This document shows, piece after piece, positions 25,208-32,205 of a stretch of 39,556 nt of DNA. The position numbers and the translations under genes are program-made. Numbering within the stretch: the stretch's first letter is position 1; each line of letters begins with the position of its first letter. Below the pieces are notes generated by a model. The model saw only the letters and a list, made by a program, of their open reading frames with translations, made no database searches and was not told the DNA's origin. Origin of the DNA: a virus; IMG/VR virus record IMGVR_UViG_3300044495_000019. One strand, 5' to 3'.

Positions 25208-26127
25208 GCCTGCAATCCTTCCTTTTCCTGCAGTTGATCGTATGAGCTCGAGGTGGAGCGCTCCATATAGCGGGCTTCCATCCACGGCAGCGGGTCCGGC
25301 CAGCAGATACGCGGCGAGTAGGCGGGCCAGGTGCCGCGTTTCATGCAGTCCTGCCAAGTGCGGATCGCATCGGCCACCTTCTGATCGCCGAGCGCGAGGA
25401 ACGCAGGCGGCATGCCAATGAATGAGCAGGCGTAGGGTGGCTCGATCTCCTGCACGAGAAAAACGAATGACGGCGGGCGCGGTAATTGCCTGGAAAGTTT
25501 TTGCAGACCGTATAAATAGAACGCCGCCTGCACGTCGCCCCCGAGCGTGATAAGCGATGAACGAATCCACGAACTCGGCTCTGCGCTCGCGCTCGTTGTC
25601 TTGTAGTCCAAGATCAACGAATAATCATTCGCCAGCCAATCAAGGCGCGCGCGGCACCACGCATCGCCATCATTCCAGATGATCGTCTGCTCTGGCTTTC
25701 CGTCAGCAAGTGTGATGCCCGAGAGGTCCGGGCAGTTGGCGATGGCCTGCACGGCTTGATTCACCATGAGTTTGATCGCCGGAGCTTTCGATGCGAGGAC
25801 CGGGATGAATCCACGAAGGCGAGCGTCATCGCGTTCATCCCTCGTCGCCTGCTTGCGCCAATCCTCGGCATTGATCACGTGAACGCGGTCGAGCCCCTGC
25901 AGCAACGCCTCGTGAGCAGCGGTGCCAAAATCGAAGTCGGAACGCTCTTCGGCTACGTAACCGGGATTCAGGCGTGGATGCGCGGTCCAGGCATGGGCCG
26001 GTGATTGGTTGATGAGCAGCTTCGCCACACTGGACGATAGCGACGGCTGCTGGCAAGGGTCCGTGTGATAGACCGCAGCGGCCATGTCGTAGATGCCGGG
26101 TTTCAATTTCTTCTTGCGGGCCATCAT
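25204..26127 (-). CDS. PD-(D/E)XK exonuclease (RecE/Exo VIII-like, DUF3799-type)
   Basis: GIYDMAAAVYHTDPCQQPSLSSSVAKLL, GTAAHEALLQG, LILDYKTTSA (D-x-K). Confidence 0.7.
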   Translation of the reverse strand: MMARKKKLKPGIYDMAAAVYHTDPCQQPSLSSSVAKLLINQSPAHAWTAHPRLNPGYVAEERSDFDFGTAAHEALLQGLDRVHVINAEDWRKQATRDERDDARLRGFIPVLASKAPAIKLMVNQAVQAIANCPDLSGITLADGKPEQTIIWNDGDAWCRARLDWLANDYSLILDYKTTSASAEPSSWIRSSLITLGGDVQAAFYLYGLQKLSRQLPRPPSFVFLVQEIEPPYACSFIGMPPAFLALGDQKVADAIRTWQDCMKRGTWPAYSPRICWPDPLPWMEARYMERSTSSSYDQLQEKEGLQA

Positions 26128-26348
26128 CGTCTCCGATTCAATTCTTCCGCCTGCCCATGCCGCGGGTCATCCAGCCGCTCGTCCTCATGGCTCCAGAAAT
26201 GCTCATCGCAGCAGAAGGTGCGCTCGCCGTGGTCGAACTTGCAGCCGCATGCCTCCTCGCCCTTCGGCGTCTTGCAGACATTGCAGATGATGCCGATGTA
26301 GATGTGGCCGCATTCAAGGCATGTGAAGGTTGAGGGTTTGGTTAGCAT
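26124..26348 (-). CDS. Small Cys-rich (zinc-ribbon-like) protein
   Basis: 74 aa from M45 of the track ORF. CLECG...CNVCK...CGC...CCDEH. The ATG overlaps the upstream stop (ATGCTAA) and the stop overlaps the exonuclease ATG. Confidence 0.55.
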   Translation of the reverse strand: MLTKPSTFTCLECGHIYIGIICNVCKTPKGEEACGCKFDHGERTFCCDEHFWSHEDERLDDPRHGQAEELNRRR

Positions 26349-26506
26349 GGGCTGAAGAATTGCAGGGCGACGATGCTCTCGCCCAAGTAGGTTTGAATGA
26401 CGGTGGAGCATCGCTTCACCGATCCATCGTCCTGATAGGCGTACTGGCTCGATACTGCACAGGAGGAGATCAGCAAACAAAGCAGGATGAGCACTACCCT
26501 ATCCAT
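26342..26506 (-). CDS. Small lipoprotein (54 aa), not in the supplied ORF track
   Basis: Hand translation gives MDRVVLILLCLLISSCAVSSQYAYQDDGSVKRCSTVIQTYLGESIVALQFFSPC. Signal peptide plus lipobox-like LISSC. Coupled to both neighbours. Confidence 0.55.
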   Translation of the reverse strand: MDRVVLILLCLLISSCAVSSQYAYQDDGSVKRCSTVIQTYLGESIVALQFFSPC

Positions 26507-26708
26507 CGCTGCCGGTCCTGTCGTTGGGCCTGGTCAGGTACTGCTCCAGTCCCTTGATTGCCGCCAGCACGAAGGCGTCAACGAGCGCCAACGCATCCTC
26601 ATTCGAGACAAGCGGGTTGTTCTGCGTCACCTGCTTGTGAACGAGCAGTTGAATCTTTCGCGCCGCCTCCATGCGGTAAGCTTGCGCGGTGTCATCGCGG
26701 TTAGGCAT
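26499..26708 (-). CDS. Small hypothetical protein (69 aa)
   Basis: AAGGAG RBS upstream of the ATG at 26708. The ATG lies 8 nt inside the end of the upstream gene. Taken from M64 of the track ORF. Confidence 0.6.
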   Translation of the reverse strand: MPNRDDTAQAYRMEAARKIQLLVHKQVTQNNPLVSNEDALALVDAFVLAAIKGLEQYLTRPNDRTGSDG

Positions 26709-27012
26709 TGTTATTCTCCTTCGCTCGGTAAACTCGGATAATTCGGGCGTGGGCCTTGACATGCTCGGCCTCGGTCGTGCCGCATTGCTGGAATCGCTTG
26801 TCGCGGAAGATGGCGCCGATGGCGTTCGGGGGGAGCACGTCGAGATCGCACACGCGGCGGACGTCGTTGATGGATACCGTGCCGGTGCGCTCGGCAAAGG
26901 ACAGCGCCCAGCGGCGGCAGGCTTCGATCAGATCGCGCACCGCTACGTTACGGGTAACGTGCAGAATGCCAGCGTCACGCAGAGCGCGGCCGGCGAAAAG
27001 ATCGCGGGTCAT
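26701..27012 (-). CDS. Hypothetical protein (103 aa)
   Basis: Balanced amino-acid composition. The ATG at 27012 overlaps the stop of a 35-codon upstream ORF. Confidence 0.6.
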   Translation of the reverse strand: MTRDLFAGRALRDAGILHVTRNVAVRDLIEACRRWALSFAERTGTVSINDVRRVCDLDVLPPNAIGAIFRDKRFQQCGTTEAEHVKAHARIIRVYRAKENNNA

Positions 27013-27116
27013 GCTGCACCCGCGTAAAATGGAGGGTTAGACGGTACTGCGACAGTCGCGGCCGGGTCGGTGGCCGGATCGTGGCGGATCGGGTTCATAG
27101 GATGGAATTGCCGCAT
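27009..27116 (-). CDS. Possible 35-aa ORF between the recombinase and the 103-aa gene
   Basis: ATG 4 nt after the recombinase stop. Its stop overlaps the next ATG (ATGA). No other support. Confidence 0.25.
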   Translation of the reverse strand: MRQFHPMNPIRHDPATDPAATVAVPSNPPFYAGAA

Positions 27117-27119
27117 AAA

Positions 27120-27866
27120 TCATGCCCGGCGCTTGAGCAGGTTCGCCACTTGGGACGGGTGCCAGTTGAGGTTGCCGCGCGGGGTCGAGACGCCCCTGTC
27201 GGTGAGCCCCCGGGCGATTTCCCGCAATGTGGAATAGCCGTGGCGGGTAAGCTCGCGCACGATCGGCATCACCTTCACCGCGAAGTCGTCGGCCTGGCGT
27301 TTCAAGGTCGCCACCCCCAGCTTGTTGCCGTGCATGGGCGAGGGAGAACCTAGCGCGAGGATTCGATGGGTGACAACGCCGCGTGAATCCTTGACCTCAT
27401 GGTATCCCTGTTTCTTGATCTTGTTGCTGACGGTTTGTAATGCGGCTGACGTACGCTGTCCGATCAGGTCGCTTTCGTGTTCAGCGATCGCCGCGAGCAG
27501 GTGAATCGTCAGCTTGTTCGCGTGCGGGTTGTCACACGCTACGAAGTTGATTCCAGACTCCATAAGTGCCGTCATCGCGTGTACGTTGCGGTAGAGGCGG
27601 TCGAGTTTGGCGACGATCAACGTCGCCTTTTCCTTGCGGCACATTTCGAGCGCCTTCATCAACTGCGGGCGCTTCCTTGTGCGTCCTGACTCGATCTCGG
27701 TGAAGCTGCCGATCAGCGTCCAAGGCCCGCCGTTCAGATATGTATTGACAGCCTCGCGCTGTGCTTCCAGCCCGAGGCCAGAATCCCCCTGCTTCTTCGT
27801 GGAAACACGGTAGAGCGCGACGTAGCGGCCGGTGTGTGGGCGCCCGTGGCTGCGGTCTGGGGTCAT
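27120..27866 (-). CDS. Small serine recombinase (resolvase/invertase family, 248 aa)
   Basis: YVALYRVSTKKQGDSGLGLEAQ catalytic-Ser motif, IVAKLDRLYRN, C-terminal HTH-like LREIARGLTDRGVSTPRG. AGGAGG RBS. Confidence 0.85.
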   Translation of the reverse strand: MTPDRSHGRPHTGRYVALYRVSTKKQGDSGLGLEAQREAVNTYLNGGPWTLIGSFTEIESGRTRKRPQLMKALEMCRKEKATLIVAKLDRLYRNVHAMTALMESGINFVACDNPHANKLTIHLLAAIAEHESDLIGQRTSAALQTVSNKIKKQGYHEVKDSRGVVTHRILALGSPSPMHGNKLGVATLKRQADDFAVKVMPIVRELTRHGYSTLREIARGLTDRGVSTPRGNLNWHPSQVANLLKRRA

Positions 27867-27894
27867 GCGATCCTCCTAGTAGTTGCCAAGCATC

Positions 27895-27923
27895 TTGACG
27901 ATATCTCTGTGATGCCTTATTGT
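27895..27923 (+). promoter_or_regulatory. Candidate rightward sigma70 promoter for the RHH/early operon
   Basis: TTGACG (27895..27900), 17-nt spacer, TATTGT (27918..27923). It overlaps the leftward promoter in mirror image. Confidence 0.45.
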
Positions 27924-27926
27924 CAA
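27898..27926 (-). promoter_or_regulatory. Candidate leftward sigma70 promoter for the recombinase operon
   Basis: The minus strand reads TTGACA (27926..27921), 17-nt spacer, TATCGT (27903..27898). Confidence 0.45.
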
Positions 27927-27967
27927 GCCCTCAAATGCGCCCATTGTGTAAAACACAGGAGCCACCA

Positions 27968-28153
27968 GTGGCAAACGAGCTTAAACCCATGATATTTCGG
28001 CTGGCCCCGCAGGACAAAGCCCGCCTTGTAGCCCATGCCAATCGCACCCGCACCCCGATGTCGGCCATCATCTACAACGCCCTGATGCATTACCTGGACG
28101 AGAACGAGACGCCGACTGAGCGCTTGCGCAGAGTCACGGAGGACGTAGCGTGA
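27968..28153 (+). CDS. Ribbon-helix-helix (Arc/CopG-like) transcriptional regulator
   Basis: AGGAG 6 nt before the GTG at 27968. KPMIFRLAPQDKARLVAHANRTRTPMSAIIYNALMHYL. Confidence 0.65.
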   Translation: MANELKPMIFRLAPQDKARLVAHANRTRTPMSAIIYNALMHYLDENETPTERLRRVTEDVA

Positions 28154-28419
28154 GCACCCTCCTCGGCTGGACGATTTCGCAATGGGCAGAGGCGGCGGGA
28201 TGGTACGAGCTGGTCAATAAATGCCTGCCAGAACGCACGCTCGCCGGCGCGAGGATTATTCGCCATACATGGTTTACGAACAGGATGGACGAGCCCGGCA
28301 ACCAGCGGATCATCGAAGTCGCGCACCTCATGAATTACGCTTGGGCGAACTCCATGTTCGAGAACGTGATCCGCGAAAGCGGGTGCGCGACTTCAGCGAG
28401 CTGGACCAGGAAAACGTGA
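28150..28419 (+). CDS. Hypothetical early protein
   Basis: The GTG overlaps the upstream stop (GTGA). 89 aa. Confidence 0.5.
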   Translation: MSTLLGWTISQWAEAAGWYELVNKCLPERTLAGARIIRHTWFTNRMDEPGNQRIIEVAHLMNYAWANSMFENVIRESGCATSASWTRKT

Positions 28420-28444
28420 TCGTTCCCGCTATCGTCGGTGGTTG

Positions 28445-29173
28445 ATGGCATTTACGTTCTCTTCTCAGCAGCAGCAATATCCAACGGGCATGCAGCGCAT
28501 GGTCGATGAGTTCGCGCGCCAGCTGTACGACACAGGTTTAATACGCCAGGTGACCGTAGAGCGCAATATAGGCACGCTCGTTCAGGATTTTACGGTTAGG
28601 TTGACGGATAGTCGTTGCATGAGATGGGCGATCACCGACGAGGCATTGGCGATGGGCGGGGCCGAAGCATTGCGCTATTGGTTTGAGCGTATCGAGAACG
28701 ATATCAGGCTGGCATCGGGAGCGGACGCTAACACAATTTACATGCGCCAAGATATATGGCCAGCGCCGCTCTTTGACCTGCATCGGCACAGCGAGGAAGC
28801 GGACAGCCGTGCATCGGAGTTGTTCAAGCTGATGGTTGGCACTGAAGCATTCGCGATACTCGATGCGGGCAAGCCGCTGCCAATCATGGGTAGCCAAGGC
28901 ACGGCCTATACGCTTCACAAACGTGCCTCGTACTGCGTGGAGCGCGTGAAAGACGGAGCAAAACTCTGTGCGGTCGTGCCGGGTGTGCCGTTGTGGGATC
29001 ACTTGCTCGGTATCAAGTTGATGGTCGAGAATGATGAGCCGCGCTTCCTCAAGACGGCGAACGTGTCAGCCGGCAGTTACGGCGGACTCACGCTCACTCA
29101 GGCATTTATTGATGAATATGCACAGATCGTCGACGCAGGCTACAGAGCATCAAATCCAATCGGCTTTCGTTGA
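28445..29173 (+). CDS. Hypothetical early protein (242 aa)
   Basis: ATG at 28445. Balanced composition. No motif recognised. Confidence 0.6.
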   Translation: MAFTFSSQQQQYPTGMQRMVDEFARQLYDTGLIRQVTVERNIGTLVQDFTVRLTDSRCMRWAITDEALAMGGAEALRYWFERIENDIRLASGADANTIYMRQDIWPAPLFDLHRHSEEADSRASELFKLMVGTEAFAILDAGKPLPIMGSQGTAYTLHKRASYCVERVKDGAKLCAVVPGVPLWDHLLGIKLMVENDEPRFLKTANVSAGSYGGLTLTQAFIDEYAQIVDAGYRASNPIGFR

Positions 29174-29525
29174 GCTGTGCCGCCTCCACGAGTCGCGCTA
29201 CCCTGCCCTGCAGTTGGCCTACGGGATACCGAATGCGGGCGCCGGCGCATCCCGCGGTCGAGCCGGCAAGATGAAGGCTGAAGGCGCGCGCCCGGGGATC
29301 CCCGACTGGTGCCTGCCTGTCGCCAATAGGCAACACATTGGCCTTTTCATCGAATTCAAGAGGAACAAGTACCGCAAGGCCGAACTCCATCAGCGGGCAC
29401 TGCACTCGCGGCTGCGGCTGGCCGGCCACCAGGTCGAGGTGTGCTGGGATGTCGAGCAGGCGTGGTTGGTGGTTAAGCGCTACTTTGGCAACGTCCAAAA
29501 TACAAGCGTCCCGGCTGTTGACTGA
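29112..29525 (+). CDS. VRR-NUC domain nuclease
   Basis: EHQIQSAFVELCRL...AYGIPNAG...GIPDWCL...LFIEFKRNK...Q...L...GHQVEVC. The start is uncertain (ATG at 29112 or 29118), and the gene overlaps the upstream gene. Confidence 0.65.
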   Translation: MNMHRSSTQATEHQIQSAFVELCRLHESRYPALQLAYGIPNAGAGASRGRAGKMKAEGARPGIPDWCLPVANRQHIGLFIEFKRNKYRKAELHQRALHSRLRLAGHQVEVCWDVEQAWLVVKRYFGNVQNTSVPAVD

Positions 29526-29552
29526 ACGGCTGGACACAGGCAGACTAGCGCC

Positions 29553-29768
29553 ATGCCCCAAGAATCGCACGCCACGAACCCAGGCGAAGGCTCCCCACAT
29601 CCACGAGAGGTTTTGTCGGTCGAGTCTGATCACCGCTGCGATCAATGTGGTGAGGGATTCGTGCCCAAAGTACGATGGCAGCGGTTCTGTGCTCAAGCAT
29701 GCGCTCGGGCGTGGTTCGAGAAAGAGCGCAAGGCCGCGATCGCAGCGTGGCGCCGAGGCTCCACGTGA
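29553..29768 (+). CDS. Small zinc-finger-like protein
   Basis: 71 aa. HRCDQCGEGF...RFCAQACARAW. Confidence 0.55.
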   Translation: MPQESHATNPGEGSPHPREVLSVESDHRCDQCGEGFVPKVRWQRFCAQACARAWFEKERKAAIAAWRRGST

Positions 29769-29771
29769 AAT

Positions 29772-30383
29772 ATGCCTGACCGGATCATCCGCGATGAGCT
29801 GCTCGAGTCGGAGCGCTGGCTGAGTCTCAAGGACAATGCCGATCGGCTAGCATTCCTGGCGCTGCTGCTGAAAGCTGACAGCCTCGGCAACTTCACCGCG
29901 GAACGCTACCGGCTGATGCGACTGTGGCGAGACTATGGAATCAATACGCTGGCATTGGTCGCCAAGACTCTCACCGAGTTGATCGACCACGACCTGATCA
30001 GGCTATACCCAATGGACGGCAAAGAACTTATCCACATCCCCCGCTTCGGCCAGCGCAACACTCGATACCTCAAGCGCATCTATCCATTATCACCTTGGAC
30101 AACCACTGAACAAAAACAACTACTTGAACATTACGCACAGCGTGACCACAGCGCGCTCACACTGTCCTCACAACCTAAGATAGGAAAGGATAGGAAAGGA
30201 AGTACTCTTGGTCTTACTGAGTCTCCTACACGTCCCAAGATCAAACCCACACTGAAACATCCCCCATCAGCCGAACACCAACCCAACCTCGAACGCGAAG
30301 CGAAAAGCCGACGCATCGCCGAACTCGTCATCGAAGATAGACTCGACGAAGCCCGCGCACTCAGCCAAGAAAACACACCATGA
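29772..30383 (+). CDS. Putative replication/DNA-binding protein (replisome-organizer-like N-terminus; low-complexity basic C-terminus)
   Basis: IIRDELLESERWLSLKDNADRLAFLALLLKADSLGNF. 203 aa. The functional call is weak. Confidence 0.4.
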   Translation: MPDRIIRDELLESERWLSLKDNADRLAFLALLLKADSLGNFTAERYRLMRLWRDYGINTLALVAKTLTELIDHDLIRLYPMDGKELIHIPRFGQRNTRYLKRIYPLSPWTTTEQKQLLEHYAQRDHSALTLSSQPKIGKDRKGSTLGLTESPTRPKIKPTLKHPPSAEHQPNLEREAKSRRIAELVIEDRLDEARALSQENTP

Positions 30384-30823
30384 AAATCCCACGCAAACCA
30401 CCCACACTCGAAGCCAGGACAGAACGCGAGGGATTACTCGAGCGCTGCGCACCCTGGACCGTCCTACCCACCACGCCAAAGTTCAGCGCATTCACCACCA
30501 AAGACAGCATCAACCTCTTCAGGGTATATGATGCTCTCGCAGCACACGCAGATCGCAATGGCCTCGTGCAAGTCGGCCGACAACGCATCGCTACACTCCT
30601 CAGTATCCACAAGGACACCGTAGGCAAAGCAATCAAGCGACTCATTGAACGCAGACTCATCGAGCTCGCATGGAAGAAACCCATCGCACACAACCGCTTC
30701 ATCTGCGTCTACCGCATCAACTTCTTGAGACCACGGAAAGACACGATATCAACAGGGATGACCTACATGCATGCGCACCCACTCAACCGCGCACGTCGCA
30801 CACCCACAGCCTTGGCCGCTTGA
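30380..30823 (+). CDS. Winged-helix DNA-binding protein
   Basis: ATGA overlap with the upstream gene. GRQRIATLLSIHKDTVGKAIKRLIERRLIE. Confidence 0.5.
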   Translation: MKIPRKPPTLEARTEREGLLERCAPWTVLPTTPKFSAFTTKDSINLFRVYDALAAHADRNGLVQVGRQRIATLLSIHKDTVGKAIKRLIERRLIELAWKKPIAHNRFICVYRINFLRPRKDTISTGMTYMHAHPLNRARRTPTALAA

Positions 30824-31184
30824 CCCTATGTCCAATCCTCAAACGCTCGTAAGCACTCTGGACAGGACGCCAATTGTCCTTCCCAATCAAGGCACTGCAA
30901 GCGCACCGATGCTAGCCTGGGATCCACGTACGCAAAGCCGCGCACCGACGACCCCCACCTTATCCCCCCCGCCCCCCTCGGCCCTGTCGTGGGGGCTCTC
31001 TCTCAAATTTTTTTCTTCCCATGCATTTAGCAATTGACCTGGACGGATTGCGCCATAACGCGGACTCGTTCTACTGCGCGAGTTCCGGCAGCAAAGCCCG
31101 CAAAGCCGCCTCTGCCGCAATCGCCAAGATTCCTTTCGTCTTGGCACGGCATATCGCTGCGGCATGGAAGCCGAGGGAGTTCGC
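30824..31184. other. Largest intergenic region; candidate packaging site and/or origin region
   Basis: 361 nt without a credible ORF, directly upstream of the terS-like gene. Contains C7GC6 tracts, a GCCCCC/GGGGGC inverted repeat (30971..30996) and a T7 run (31008..31014). The G/C skew flips here. Confidence 0.4.
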
Positions 31185-31661
31185 ATGAGCGACTCTCCTC
31201 CCGATCTGAATCCTATTCCTCCGGTGCCGCGTGGGGATCCTGATTTTCCTGATTTGAGGGATTTTGGTGGTGTGTCGCGGGTGCGGCGTGAGATGCGGCG
31301 ATCGGCGACGATCATGGCGAATCGGGAGGCGATTGCGTGGCACATGTTGGCGATGGGTTCGACGGTGATTACCGATGTGGTGGGGTGGAATGAAGCGGGC
31401 GAGTTGAAATTTGTTCCTTCCTCCAAGGTTGATCCGCGGCATATCGGGATGGTGAAGTCGATTGAGCAGCGGCTGGACAAGGCGGGCAATGTCGTTGGCA
31501 TAAAGCTTACGTTATACGATCGGGTGGCGGTGTTGCGGTTGTTGGCTGGGGCTGCTGGGTTGTTGCGGAAGGATGCGGATGATGACAAGCCGGCGGTGAT
31601 GGGTGTGCGTGTGCGGGGGCCGAAGCGAAAGACGGTGACGGTGGAGCAGGAGAAAGAGTGA
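31185..31661 (+). CDS. terS: Terminase small subunit-like protein
   Basis: GAGGGAG RBS 5 nt before the ATG. The C-terminal pattern KSIEQRLDKAGNVVGIKLTLYDRVAVLRLLAGAAGLL resembles the Terminase_2 family tail. Confidence 0.5.
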   Translation: MSDSPPDLNPIPPVPRGDPDFPDLRDFGGVSRVRREMRRSATIMANREAIAWHMLAMGSTVITDVVGWNEAGELKFVPSSKVDPRHIGMVKSIEQRLDKAGNVVGIKLTLYDRVAVLRLLAGAAGLLRKDADDDKPAVMGVRVRGPKRKTVTVEQEKE

Positions 31662-31792
31662 TGGGTGATGCGTTGGAGATTGTTTTGCAGCGGCACCGTG
31701 CGATTTGGCGGGAGCGCTTGTGGTGGGCGGCGGTGATGGCCGGGGGCGTGGGTGCGCTCGTGGGTTACGTGGCGCGGTGGATATTCGAGTGA
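31661..31792 (+). CDS. Small TM protein (43 aa), not in the ORF track
   Basis: The ATG overlaps the terS stop (TGATG) and its stop overlaps the next GTG (GTGA). LWWAAVMAGGVGALVGYVARWIF. Confidence 0.4.
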   Translation: MGDALEIVLQRHRAIWRERLWWAAVMAGGVGALVGYVARWIFE

Positions 31793-32205
31793 AACCATTG
31801 ACGCAGGAGTTGCTCGAGGCGCGGGCGAGGAATGAGGCGCGGCTACGCGAATTGGACAAGCCGGTGAAGCCCGCGACGACGGGAACGAGTTACGCAGCCG
31901 CACGCATGAACTGCCCGAATCACACGGGAGCGGCGGACAAGATTCGCGATGCGCTGCGCCACGCGGCCGGGCCGTTGTCCGTCTACAAGCTGCATCTGGC
32001 GACGAGTCTTGATACCGCTGTCATACGCCGCGTGCTGACGCAGTTGATGAACGGCGGCGGTGTCGTATCGCTGCCGGGTATCAAGGCCCGCGTTTATTCG
32101 CTCTACGCGAGAGTGCCGAGGGAAAAGCATCACTCGGGCTCGGGGCAGGTGGCGGGCCGCATCACGATACCGCAGTTCAATTGGAAAGGTACGAGGCTGG
32201 GATGA
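31789..32205 (+). CDS. Hypothetical protein (possible wHTH)
   Basis: GTGA overlap with the upstream gene and ATGA overlap with the downstream gene. 138 aa. Confidence 0.5.
   Translation: MKPLTQELLEARARNEARLRELDKPVKPATTGTSYAAARMNCPNHTGAADKIRDALRHAAGPLSVYKLHLATSLDTAVIRRVLTQLMNGGGVVSLPGIKARVYSLYARVPREKHHSGSGQVAGRITIPQFNWKGTRLG

Noticed and set aside
24779-25570. 263-aa version of the HNH ORF
   Set aside because: Its first 121 codons overlap the 3' end of the exonuclease gene in another frame and look non-protein-like. The ATG at 25207 overlaps the exonuclease stop (ATGA) and starts a complete HNH domain.
26124-26480. 118-aa version of the Cys-rich ORF
   Set aside because: The N-terminal 44 codons are better explained by the 54-aa lipoprotein ORF in another frame. 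The internal ATG at 26348 is coupled to that ORF's stop.
30177-30198. Tandem 11-bp duplication GATAGGAAAGG x2 inside the replication-like gene; considered as origin iterons
   Set aside because: There are only two copies, they lie inside a coding low-complexity region, and no further copies are nearby.
30887-31903. 338-aa minus-strand ORF spanning the large intergenic region and the terS-like gene
   Set aside because: The product is Pro/Arg/Ser/Thr-rich. The ORF exists because the + strand here is G/T-rich, which leaves the complement depleted in stop codons. It also conflicts with the coupled + strand genes.
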